DNA from: an uncultured Chloroflexia bacterium
Lineage (GTDB): Bacteria > Chloroflexota > Chloroflexia > Thermomicrobiales > UBA6265
Direction: 5' to 3'
Assembly (NCBI GenBank): GCA_963724295.1
Contig: CAVRUC010000007.1
Span: forward strand, 192,001-256,000
DNA: 64,000 bases
Part shown: piece after piece, positions 31,653-40,555 of the stretch
Numbering within the stretch: the first letter of the stretch is position 1
How the letters are laid out: every line of letters begins with the position of its first letter
Notes under the pieces: generated by a model
The model's database searches: none
What the model was told of the DNA's origin: nothing
What the model saw: the letters and a program-made list of their open reading frames with translations, nothing else
Position numbers and translations under genes: made by a program

Positions 31653-33719
31653 ATGGACGAACTGCCGAGCGAACCAGACCAAATCGGACCGGTTTTCTCC
31701 GCGTCTAGCGGAACCGATGCCATTCCTGAACTGGCACGGCGGGCGGAAGCATTCATCACGGCGCAAGGCGGTCAGGCGTCAGAAGATCTGCTCGTCTCCC
31801 ATGTCTTCGGTTCGGCAGGATCGGTGGCGTTGTGGCGACCCCTGCTCCGTGAGGTACTGGGCCGGCACGATCGCCTCAAGCTGCGCGGCGATGGCGCCTG
31901 GCTCCTCGCCGACCATTCGGCGCAACCAGGCAGCGGGGCGCTCGACGAATTTGTCGTCCTCGACGTCGAAACGACCGGCTTGCAGCCTAGCCGCCAACGC
32001 ATCATCGAGATCGCGGTTGCGCGATTCAGCGGCGGTGTCATGGCGAACCGGTGGGAGAGCCTGTGCAGTCCCGGCCGACGCGTGCCGGCCTATATCACCA
32101 AGCTCACTGGAATCGACGACGATTTACTCTCCGATGCGCCCGCGTTCGAGAGCATCGCGGATACAGCCGTGGCACTCCTCACGGACGCGGTAATTGTCGG
32201 CCACAACGTCGAATTTGATCTCAGTTTCTTGAACGCGGAGCTGGAGCGAGCTGGGCGATCGCCAATTGTGAATGACCGCGTCGATACGCTCGCTCTTGCA
32301 ACCCGGCTGCTCCCGGGCTTGCGCAAGCCGACGCTGAGCGTGCTGGCGGAGCGGCTTGGTGTGTCGAGCCAACCAAAACCGCGACACCGCGCCGGACCAG
32401 ACGCAGTACTGACAGGCATGGTTGCGGTGACCCTGCTCGAGCATGCCCGAGATGCCGGTTTTGCGACCCTCGAGGATGTGAAGTCAGTCGCTCGACCGAT
32501 AACGCGCCGGCCGCGGGAGCGCATGGCGCGAGCGAGCTCGGTCGTGGACCGCTCGATTCTTGCGACCATCCCCCGAGCGCCCGGTGTCTACCTCATGCGG
32601 GACGCGAACGAGCACGTCGTGTACGTCGGCAAGGCCAAGAATCTCAGGGATCGCGTTGGTACCTACTTTTCGCAACCACTCGGTTACACGCGAAAGATGG
32701 ACGGACTGATCGAGTCACTTTCGCGGATCCAGGTCGAGGTCGTCGGCTCGGAACTGGAAGCACTGCTGTTGGAGTCCCAGCTCATCCGGCGCTATCAACC
32801 GCGGTACAACACCGCACTCCGTTCGCATGAGCAGTACCCATTCATTCGCATCGACGTCGCGAATCCGTGGCCAAGAGTGAGTCTGGCCAAGTCGCGTAAG
32901 GACGACGGGGCGCGCTACTTCGGCCCGTTTCGGAGCGCTGCTACGGCGCGGAAAACGGTCGATCTCATCAATCGCGTCGTGCCCTTACGGACGTGCACTC
33001 GCTCATTCCGGGACGCCCGCTCGTATGGGTCTCCCTGTCTGGAATTGGGTATCGGTCGGTGCCTCGGGCCGTGTGTGGGCCAAGCGGATCGCGATCAATA
33101 CGTCTCGTTGGTGCGAAGCGTGGTCGACTATGTCGACGGCCGGGACCAGGCGCTTCACGAATTGCTCTGGTCCGGGCTAGAGAATGCCGCCGCGGCTCTG
33201 GATTTCGAGCGAGCATCACGATTGCGACGCGATTTGCAAGCATCGCTGGCGCTGACAGCGGCGCAGCGGCGGCTGCGTGAATCGACGGAAGCGAACTGGG
33301 TTGTCCTGGTCACATTGTCCGCGGAGCCAGAACATCGCGAGCTGATGGTGATCTTGCGAGGCCGTCTCTGGTCGCAACTGCGGGTGCCGGATGCTTCGCC
33401 CGCTGGCGAGCTGGCATCGCGGCTCGAGAGATGTTGGGAACGCTTCACCGTCGTTGGCATTGGTGAGCCCGATCATGATTCGGTCGACGATATGCACATT
33501 CTCGATTCCTGGCTGGCGCGTCACGAGGGGCATCCATCGATTCTGGCCATCCAGGAGCGCGCCGGGACGCCTGACTGGCAGGTAATGGCCAGGCGAGCGC
33601 TTGCTCTACGGCGAGATCAGCTTGACTTCGACGCCTGGCGTAAGGCGCGCGAGGTGGGCGAGGGCGAATGGGGTGAGTTGGAGGTAGCGGCCTCGATCCC
33701 GGTCATTGCGGAGACTTGA
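31653..33719 (+). CDS. DEDDh 3'-5' exonuclease fused to a UvrC-like GIY-YIG nuclease
   Basis: DVETTG, GHNVEFD and HRAGPDA Exo motifs; GVYLM...YVGKAKNLR; Cys-rich region; UVR motif LDFERA; start uncertain. Confidence 0.9.
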   Translation: MDELPSEPDQIGPVFSASSGTDAIPELARRAEAFITAQGGQASEDLLVSHVFGSAGSVALWRPLLREVLGRHDRLKLRGDGAWLLADHSAQPGSGALDEFVVLDVETTGLQPSRQRIIEIAVARFSGGVMANRWESLCSPGRRVPAYITKLTGIDDDLLSDAPAFESIADTAVALLTDAVIVGHNVEFDLSFLNAELERAGRSPIVNDRVDTLALATRLLPGLRKPTLSVLAERLGVSSQPKPRHRAGPDAVLTGMVAVTLLEHARDAGFATLEDVKSVARPITRRPRERMARASSVVDRSILATIPRAPGVYLMRDANEHVVYVGKAKNLRDRVGTYFSQPLGYTRKMDGLIESLSRIQVEVVGSELEALLLESQLIRRYQPRYNTALRSHEQYPFIRIDVANPWPRVSLAKSRKDDGARYFGPFRSAATARKTVDLINRVVPLRTCTRSFRDARSYGSPCLELGIGRCLGPCVGQADRDQYVSLVRSVVDYVDGRDQALHELLWSGLENAAAALDFERASRLRRDLQASLALTAAQRRLRESTEANWVVLVTLSAEPEHRELMVILRGRLWSQLRVPDASPAGELASRLERCWERFTVVGIGEPDHDSVDDMHILDSWLARHEGHPSILAIQERAGTPDWQVMARRALALRRDQLDFDAWRKAREVGEGEWGELEVAASIPVIAET

Positions 33720-33803
33720 ACCGCATGTGTGTCGAGATGGAGGTGACCGTTCGCTATACTCGCCGGACTCGTGGATGGTTGGTTCGGGTTCAGGTAGGTC
33801 AGT

Positions 33804-34439
33804 GTGACGGCAACGGTTGAAGAGCGAGAAGAAGCGCTGGCGCGGATCGCGGATGATATCGTCGCCTGCACGCGCTGCGAGCTGCACAAGACGCGAACGA
33901 AGTCGGTTCCGGGCGAGGGACCTGCGGACGCTCGAATCATGCTTATTGGCGAGGCGCCGGGCTGGAATGAGGATCAGCAGGGCCGGCCCTTCGTTGGCGC
34001 GGCAGGCAGGTTTCTGGAGGAGCTTCTGGCGAGCGCGGGAATGACTCGTGGCGAGGTGTTCATTACCAATGTGGTGAAGTCGCGGCCGCCTGGAAACCGA
34101 GATCCATTGCCGGATGAGATCGCTGCGTGCGCGCCGTTCCTCGAGCGTCAGATTGAGGTGATCGATCCCGATGTAATCGTGACACTGGGGCGGTTCTCGA
34201 TGGCGCGATGGTTTCCCGGAGAACGGATCTCGCGCATTCACGGTCAGCCCAAGCGGGTTGGGCGCCGGCTGATCGTTCCGATGTATCACCCCGCGGCGGC
34301 GCTGCACCAGCAAGCGCTGAAAGCGACGATTCAAGAAGACTTCAGCCGGCTGCCCAGGATCCTCGCGGAGGCCGAGGCGGTGAAGCGGGATGAGGATTCG
34401 TCCGGCAGACCGCCTGCGCAGCAAATGGGACTGTTTTAG
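33804..34439 (+). CDS. Uracil-DNA glycosylase family 4
   Basis: CTRC, GEAPG, GRPFVG, RPPGNRDP and YHPAA motifs. Confidence 0.94.
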   Translation: MTATVEEREEALARIADDIVACTRCELHKTRTKSVPGEGPADARIMLIGEAPGWNEDQQGRPFVGAAGRFLEELLASAGMTRGEVFITNVVKSRPPGNRDPLPDEIAACAPFLERQIEVIDPDVIVTLGRFSMARWFPGERISRIHGQPKRVGRRLIVPMYHPAAALHQQALKATIQEDFSRLPRILAEAEAVKRDEDSSGRPPAQQMGLF

Positions 34440-34463
34440 CAGCGGGCTGCACTACGTCGCGAT

Positions 34464-37400
34464 TCAGCGATAATTGTGCGATGCCGGTGCGACCTGGCGG
34501 GCACGGTCGAGTCCGGTCTCCGGGTCCTCACTCTGCTGGGCGATGACGTCGATAGCGGTGGCATCCGGCGCTGCCGGCGTGTCCAGATTGCCCGGGACGT
34601 GAAATTCGGCGCGTGCTTCTGACAATGGCCAAATCCGTTCGGCGACCAGGTTGATGGTGTTGTTGCGCTGTTGCAGGACACCCTCGACGACAACAAACGG
34701 CTCGCCCCGTACGATGTGGCGGCGCTCGCTATACAGATCCGGGAACACGATGACATTGAGCAAGCCATGCTCGTCCTCCAGCAGGAGGAAGGTGATCCCC
34801 TTGGCGGTGCCTGGGCGTTGCCGGCAGACGATGAGTCCGGCGACCTGAATGCGGGTCCCATCCGGGATGTGGAGTGTCTCGGCTATAGAGCGGATGGCGC
34901 GTGGCAGACGCGGACGCAGCAGTCCGAGCGGATGATAGCGGGGCGAGAGTCCCATGAGGGCGTAGTCACTGGTCATCTGCTCCCAGGCGCCCATCGGACG
35001 CAGCTCGACCATATCCTGCTCGACAGGCAATGGGATGGGGAGTTGCCGCCCGGGTGTCTTGTGGTTTTTGCCGCCGAAGGCGCGTGCCGGCAGGAACAGT
35101 CCGAGTTGCCAGAGCGCCTCGCGGCGACCGAGTCCGAACCCATCGGCCGCGCCCACGGCAACCAGGTTTTCGGCGGCTTCGATCCGCAACGGAACCCGGC
35201 GCACCACGTCGGCGAGCGACTGGAAACGGCCGCCAGCGTCACGTTCGGCGACAAGGCGGGTGGCGACGTCCTCGCCGGCCTCCGCGACATATCCCAGACC
35301 GATGCGAACTGTATTGCCCTGGACCGAGCATTTCACTCCGCTCTCGTTGACGTCGGGCGGCAGGATGCGAACCTGGTGCCGCCTGGCATCGTTGGTCAGA
35401 ACGTGCGGAGGGTAAAACCCCATCGGTTGATTGTTCAGTAGCGCGCAAACGAATTCGGCGGGGTAGTAGTGCTTGAGCCATGATGACTGATAGGCCAGGA
35501 TGGCGAATGCGGTCGCATGGCTTTTCGGGAATCCATATTCCGCGAATCCAATGAGTTTCTTGAATACCTTCTCGGCAGTTGCCAGATCGACGCCTTGCCC
35601 GAGCGCTCCAATGCGAAACTGGGTCCAGAGACGGGTCATTGCCTCACGCGACCGCTTGCGGGTCATGGCCCGACGGAGCTGGTCGGCCTGACCGGCGCTG
35701 AAGCCCGCCAGCGCCATGGATACCCCGAGGACCTGCTCCTGGTAGAGAACGACACCCAGAGTTTCGCGCAGCACCGGTTCCAGAGAGGGATGATCGTATG
35801 CCGGCGGTGGGGCAAGCCCCCGCCGCTCCAGCTCTCGATGCTGGACATAAGGGTTCACAGCGCCGCCGATGATTGGCCCCGGCCGCACGATCGCCACCTG
35901 CACGACAAGATCTTCGAGGCAGCGGGGTTGGGTACGCAGCAAGGTCTGGATCTGAGCCCGGCTCTCGATCTGGAAGGTGCCGATCGTGTCCCCAGCACAG
36001 ATCATGTCGTAGACCGCCGGATCGGTGAAATCGATCCGGCTGAGATCGACCGGCGGCTTGCCGTTGGCGGGAATCAGGCGTAGTGCCTCTTCGACGAGCG
36101 AGAGCATCCCCAGCGCGAGGAAATCGATCTTGATGAACCCGGCATCATCACAGGAATCCTTGTCCCACTGACAGAGATAGCGTCCCTGCATGGAGGCGGG
36201 TTGCACCGGCACCAGATCGACGAGGGGAGCGGAGGAGATGATCATCCCGCCGGAATGCTGGCTGACGTGTCGGGGAAACCCGGAGAGCTCCCCGGCCAGC
36301 TCTACGAGATAGCGCCAGGGAGGCGCCTCCAGGCGTGACGCGTACTCCGGGATACGAGCTAGCTCCAGGCCGAGGTCTCCGGCCTGACGCGGCTCGCTGA
36401 GCTTGGAGATGCGGTCGAGATCGGCGACCGGGATGCCAAGCGCCTTCCCAACGTCACGCAGGGCGGAGCGGAGACGGTAGGTGGGGAATGCGCAGACGAG
36501 CGCGGCGTGATCGGGACCGAAGCGCTCGTAGACGCGTTCGATCAGGCGCTCGCGGATCTCGCGCGGAAAGTCGAGATCGATGTCCGGGATGGAGCTCATC
36601 TCGTCGTTTATGAACCGGCCAAGCATCAGGTTGTGCGCCAGAGGATCGACGTGGGAAAGTCCAATCAAGTAGCAGACGATCGAGCCGACGGAGGATCCTC
36701 GCCCGCGTCCGGGAGGGAGGGTGGCGGCGAAGCCATCCACACCGCGGATCTCGACCGAGACCTCCCGCGCCAGCTCCAGCAGATCGCGATAGAGCAGGAA
36801 AAAACCGGAAAGCCCGTGTCTGGCGATCAGGTGCAGCTCCTGCTCCAGCCGTTCTTCCGCGGTCGTCCAGTCTTTGCTGCCGTACCGGCGACGCACCTCG
36901 CCGCGACAGATCCCGGCGAGAAGCTCGTCGGGTGTCTGCCCAGGTAATGTGGGATAGCGAGGAAAGAGGTAGGCAAGATCGCGCGTGAGATCAAACGAAG
37001 CACAGCGCTCGGCGAGAACGGTGGTATTGTGCACGGCCTCCGGATGGGCCGCGAATCGCGCGGCCGCCTCTTCTGGCGAGCGAAGAAAAAACTCCGCGTT
37101 CGGGAGGCGCTCGCGATGGCACCCATCCAGGGTTGTGCGGTGGCGGATGGCAACCAGTACGTCCTGAAGGCGGCGCCGTGCCTGACGATGATAGTGGACG
37201 TTGCCGGTGGCGACTGTCCGCAAACCTGCGTCTGCCGCGAGGCGGGAGAGCATGGCAATACGGCGGGTATCACCGAAGACGAGATTGTGCTGTAGCTCGA
37301 CAGCGACATTGTCCGGACCGAACCACTCGACATAGCGATCGAGGAGGTGACGGGCTTCGCTCCGGCAGCCATCGTCGACCAGGCGCGAGAGCGGGCCGCG

Positions 37401-37883
37401 CCGGCATCCGGTAAGCAGGATCAATCCTTGAGCGTGTTCCGCGAGCAATGAGGGATCGAGACGGGGTTGTCGCTCCTCGTCTTTTTTCCAAACCTCGCGA
37501 GGAGGGGAGAAGGAGACGAGGCCGCTCTCCGCGGGGATGTTCGGACCGGCGTAGGCAGCGGTGATGAGCCGGCTGAGATTGGAGTACCCCGTAACGGTCT
37601 CCGCGAGAAGCGTGAGATGGGAGCCATCGGCCAGAGTCAGTTCGGCGCCGGTGATGGGTGTGATACCAGCCGCCCGCGCGGCTCGCGCGAACTCCATGGC
37701 GCCGTGGAGCCCGTCGTGATCGGTGATGGCCAGAGCCCGGTAGCCAAGGTCGGCGGCCTGACCAACGATCTCCTCGGGCAGGGACGCGCCGTCGAGAAAG
37801 GAGAATGCGGTGTGGAGATGGAGCTCGACGTACGGAGGGTGATGGGTGATGGGTGATGGGGTGATAGGAAGGAACTCTTTCAC
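34464..37883 (-). CDS. dnaE2: Error-prone DNA polymerase DnaE2
   Basis: PHP motif YVELHLHTAFSFLDG, PDIDLDF, YGFPKSHA, OB motif RQRPGTAKG and C-terminal SHNYR. Confidence 0.96.
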   Translation of the reverse strand: MKEFLPITPSPITHHPPYVELHLHTAFSFLDGASLPEEIVGQAADLGYRALAITDHDGLHGAMEFARAARAAGITPITGAELTLADGSHLTLLAETVTGYSNLSRLITAAYAGPNIPAESGLVSFSPPREVWKKDEERQPRLDPSLLAEHAQGLILLTGCRRGPLSRLVDDGCRSEARHLLDRYVEWFGPDNVAVELQHNLVFGDTRRIAMLSRLAADAGLRTVATGNVHYHRQARRRLQDVLVAIRHRTTLDGCHRERLPNAEFFLRSPEEAAARFAAHPEAVHNTTVLAERCASFDLTRDLAYLFPRYPTLPGQTPDELLAGICRGEVRRRYGSKDWTTAEERLEQELHLIARHGLSGFFLLYRDLLELAREVSVEIRGVDGFAATLPPGRGRGSSVGSIVCYLIGLSHVDPLAHNLMLGRFINDEMSSIPDIDLDFPREIRERLIERVYERFGPDHAALVCAFPTYRLRSALRDVGKALGIPVADLDRISKLSEPRQAGDLGLELARIPEYASRLEAPPWRYLVELAGELSGFPRHVSQHSGGMIISSAPLVDLVPVQPASMQGRYLCQWDKDSCDDAGFIKIDFLALGMLSLVEEALRLIPANGKPPVDLSRIDFTDPAVYDMICAGDTIGTFQIESRAQIQTLLRTQPRCLEDLVVQVAIVRPGPIIGGAVNPYVQHRELERRGLAPPPAYDHPSLEPVLRETLGVVLYQEQVLGVSMALAGFSAGQADQLRRAMTRKRSREAMTRLWTQFRIGALGQGVDLATAEKVFKKLIGFAEYGFPKSHATAFAILAYQSSWLKHYYPAEFVCALLNNQPMGFYPPHVLTNDARRHQVRILPPDVNESGVKCSVQGNTVRIGLGYVAEAGEDVATRLVAERDAGGRFQSLADVVRRVPLRIEAAENLVAVGAADGFGLGRREALWQLGLFLPARAFGGKNHKTPGRQLPIPLPVEQDMVELRPMGAWEQMTSDYALMGLSPRYHPLGLLRPRLPRAIRSIAETLHIPDGTRIQVAGLIVCRQRPGTAKGITFLLLEDEHGLLNVIVFPDLYSERRHIVRGEPFVVVEGVLQQRNNTINLVAERIWPLSEARAEFHVPGNLDTPAAPDATAIDVIAQQSEDPETGLDRARQVAPASHNYR
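37837..37865. repeat. Heptamer tandem repeat (GGGTGAT)x4 in the 5' end of dnaE2
   Basis: Three perfect copies at 37837-37857, one extra G, fourth copy at 37859-37865. Confidence 0.8.
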
Positions 37884-37901
37884 CTTATCGCCCTGGCACC
37901 C

Positions 37902-38189
37902 TTAATACGTTTGCTCGAACCAGCGATCGGCGATGCGGTCGTGAAAGAGCGTGCGTATGGCGCCGTCACAGAAGATGACCTGGACGTAGTACCGGCTAAT
38001 GGGTTCACGCCACCACTCGTCGTCGACATACCAGGAATCCTGGACGCACTCGACCTCGTGGCGCCGGTTGCGCTCGTGTAGCGTGACCGGCAGCCCGCTC
38101 TGTGTGTCGACCGTGACCTGAACCGGACGGGGAAGGTTCAGGCATCGTACGCGATCAGCGCGTGTCTCCGCTCCGGCAGGCGCGACCAT
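37902..38189 (-). CDS. Small mutagenesis-cassette protein (ImuB-C/DUF6504-like)
   Basis: GGAGG then 7 nt then ATG; PRPVQV, SWYVDDEWWR and RYYVQV resemble the ImuB C-terminal domain. Confidence 0.8.
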   Translation of the reverse strand: MVAPAGAETRADRVRCLNLPRPVQVTVDTQSGLPVTLHERNRRHEVECVQDSWYVDDEWWREPISRYYVQVIFCDGAIRTLFHDRIADRWFEQTY

Positions 38190-39331
38190 GGCTCGACCTC
38201 CGCAACGCGATAGAGACCGGACGTCCCGAACCGCTGTTTGAGCTGACGGCTTGCTTCGGCGAGTTGCCAGGGACGACGGGAGTGGAACCCAGGGAGAAGT
38301 TCCTGGCGGCTGGTAGCGTCGATCAGACCGGAGAGCTCCAGCGTGAGCGCGACAACCGGTCCGGGCAGAGTCAGGGTTTGCACCCGGTATCCCAGGGCCT
38401 CGATGAGACGTTTGCGGCCTCCAGGATCGCGCAAGGTCGTGACCTGCTCCCAGGACTGGCCGTCCTCCAGGGAGGCGCGCAGCCGAGCCTGGCGGACGTG
38501 ACGGCTCCGCAACGCGGCGCGATCGAATGCACGGAGCACGAGCCGCGTGATGGCGATCAGCACTGTTTCCCGGCTGGTAGCTGGCGCGGGCAGGGCGAGC
38601 GATTCGCTGACGGTTTCCGGTTGCAGCCGAGGACGTACCGGCTCGCGATCATTCCCGCGCGCTAATTCCCAGGCTCGGCGTCCTTCTGCCCCAAAACGGG
38701 CTTGTACCGCCGTCGGGGATAAGTCAGCGAGATCGCCCAAGGTGCGTAACCCCAGGCGTTCCAGGCGCCGCCGCTTGTCCGGGGCAAGAGGGAGGAGGGA
38801 GACCGGCGCTTTAGCGAGGAAACTTTGGGTCATGGTGGGATCGACGACCATGACAGTGCCAGGGGGAGCCCCATAGGCGGCGACCCGTGCCGTGAACTTG
38901 TTTGGTGCGACACCCGCGCGCGGTCGAAAAAGTGGAGGAACGGTGGCTAGCAAGCGCTCGGCGGCGAGACGCGGAGGACCAAGACGACGTTCCAGCCCCG
39001 TCAGATCGACGAGATAGCAGCCTGCTTGCCTGGCATCGACCTCGACTGCCGGGCTGAGTGTCTCCAGAGCGGCCACAATCTGTTCCGCCGCCGCGCTCTC
39101 GCGCACGGGATGCGGAGAAAGAATGATCGCCTCTGGACAGAGGGCGATCGCCTCTCGCAATCCTAAACCGATACGGACGCCGCGCGCAGCCGCTTCCGGG
39201 GTGGCGTCGGTCACGACTGGTCGGCCACCCTGCGCTGGCCCCAACACCAGCGGCGCGCCGTCGAGTTCCGGGCGATCGAGCAGGGCAACCCGGAGGGCAA
39301 AATGGGGAATTACGAGACAGGCGATAGACAC
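38138..39331 (-). CDS. Catalytically inactive Y-family polymerase (ImuB/ImuY-like)
   Basis: IMS fold (AAARGVRIGL...AIALCP, RAGVAPNKFTA, LGLRTLGDLA) lacking the catalytic acidic residues; GGAGG RBS. Confidence 0.9.
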   Translation of the reverse strand: MSIACLVIPHFALRVALLDRPELDGAPLVLGPAQGGRPVVTDATPEAAARGVRIGLGLREAIALCPEAIILSPHPVRESAAAEQIVAALETLSPAVEVDARQAGCYLVDLTGLERRLGPPRLAAERLLATVPPLFRPRAGVAPNKFTARVAAYGAPPGTVMVVDPTMTQSFLAKAPVSLLPLAPDKRRRLERLGLRTLGDLADLSPTAVQARFGAEGRRAWELARGNDREPVRPRLQPETVSESLALPAPATSRETVLIAITRLVLRAFDRAALRSRHVRQARLRASLEDGQSWEQVTTLRDPGGRKRLIEALGYRVQTLTLPGPVVALTLELSGLIDATSRQELLPGFHSRRPWQLAEASRQLKQRFGTSGLYRVAEVEPWSRLPERRHALIAYDA

Positions 39332-39383
39332 GGGTCCCTCCTCCGTAGACCTGCCGCCAGGAGAGCACCTTGCTCCGTGCCCG

Positions 39384-39412
39384 ATAATAGAACATATGTT
39401 CTACCACTACAA
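39384..39412 (-). promoter_or_regulatory. LexA-repressed promoter of the imuB-like/dnaE2 cassette
   Basis: TTGTAG, 17-nt spacer, TATTAT on the minus strand; the palindrome TAGAACATATGTTCTA (GAAC-N4-GTTC, 39388-39403) covers the spacer. Confidence 0.88.
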
Positions 39413-39510
39413 GGGCGGGAGGGATTGACTGCGGTGCATCAGGACCAATGTCTACGGACACCCCGAACGTTCACGCCACCCTCAACGCACCAAGAAATTC
39501 CACCTCACGT

Positions 39511-39542
39511 CCAAAGACCCTGGCGAACGCCAGAGTCTTTGG
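39511..39542 (-). terminator. 14-bp hairpin downstream of the unknown membrane protein gene
   Basis: CCAAAGACTCTGGC-GTTC-GCCAGGGTCTTTGG with one G-U pair on the minus strand; no U-tract, so its role is uncertain. Confidence 0.45.
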
Positions 39543-39605
39543 GGAGGATAAGGGAAGGGGAAGGAGGGCATATCCCTCCGGCAGGTGAGTTATCGAGCAG
39601 CGACG

Positions 39606-40181
39606 CTAGCGTGCCGCCGCGGCAGGAAAGAGCCGCGCCGCAGAAACCCGTGACGAGAGCGCCGGCAAGCGCCCGATATTGAGGATAGCGAGAGCGGTCG
39701 CCCCGCCGATCAGCCCAAGCGCCGCCATGAACGCGACCGTACCTGGCACCCGCACCGCAGGCAAGAAGGAAGCACCCGAAACTGGCGCGGCGTGAAGCCG
39801 CAGCACACTGCCAGATCGCCCATCGATCGTCATCCGAACAGTATCCCCCGTGCGCAGCGATTCGAGGGGAACGCTTTCCTCACCGCGCACGAGTTGCGCC
39901 TCCTGGCCAACCGAAAAGGCGACAGGAGAGTCGGCGCCGTGCTCGATCAACGCGACCAAACCGTCGCTCGCGCCGATCAGTCTGCCCTCGACTGTGACCG
40001 GTACGGCCGCTACGACCGCCCCAGTCTCGGGGGTGAAGACCGTGACGCCCGTCGCCGAGGCGTCGCTCCAGCGCACGGTCATTGCCGATGCCAACAGCGC
40101 GGTGAGGACGATGGCGGCCAGCGTGCGCGCTGAACCAAAGAGGCGGGTCGACCAGGACGGTTCCGGGTGATGCGCGTACAT
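39606..40181 (-). CDS. Uncharacterised membrane or surface protein (191 aa)
   Basis: GGAAAGG RBS; N-terminal hydrophobic helix, beta-rich middle and C-terminal TM helix. Confidence 0.75.
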   Translation of the reverse strand: MYAHHPEPSWSTRLFGSARTLAAIVLTALLASAMTVRWSDASATGVTVFTPETGAVVAAVPVTVEGRLIGASDGLVALIEHGADSPVAFSVGQEAQLVRGEESVPLESLRTGDTVRMTIDGRSGSVLRLHAAPVSGASFLPAVRVPGTVAFMAALGLIGGATALAILNIGRLPALSSRVSAARLFPAAAAR

Positions 40182-40493
40182 AACGAACCTTTCCACCAGT
40201 AGCATGATGCCCCTGACTGCCCGACGCAGCTGGCGAGGCACATCTACGGGACTCAATCATTGCCCCGAATCCGGGATACGCGCCGGCGACCGGCCTGCCA
40301 ATGCGGGGGTAGGGATGAAATCCCGGCCGCTCGACGCGTGTCCACAGTGCGGGGGAGATGGCTGCGGGAGCCATCTCAGCGGGGTACGTTATGCGGGGTT
40401 CAGATCCTCTGGGGGAGAGGATCGGCGGCGGCGGTTCGGGTCCGAGCAGCGGTGGCTGGGTCGCTTTTCGGAATCCGGCGGGATCGCCTTGCC

Positions 40494-40555
40494 TAGAACG
40501 AATGTACTACGAACGTGCCTCCTCGTCAAGTCTTTTCAGAACGCATTTTCTGAAA
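40494..40555 (-). promoter_or_regulatory. Sigma70 promoter overlapped by two LexA-like boxes
   Basis: TTGACG (40529-24), 17-nt spacer, TACATT (40506-01); GAAC-GAAT-GTAC at 40496-40507 and GAAC-GCAT-TTTC at 40539-40550. Confidence 0.7.

Noticed and set aside
39464..39471. GAACGTTC (also near 55506) as SOS boxes
   Set aside because: There is no spacer between the half-sites.
39880..40374. 164-aa minus-strand ORF in the SOS leader
   Set aside because: It has no RBS, its start is buried in a hairpin, and it overlaps the better-supported 39606-40181 gene.
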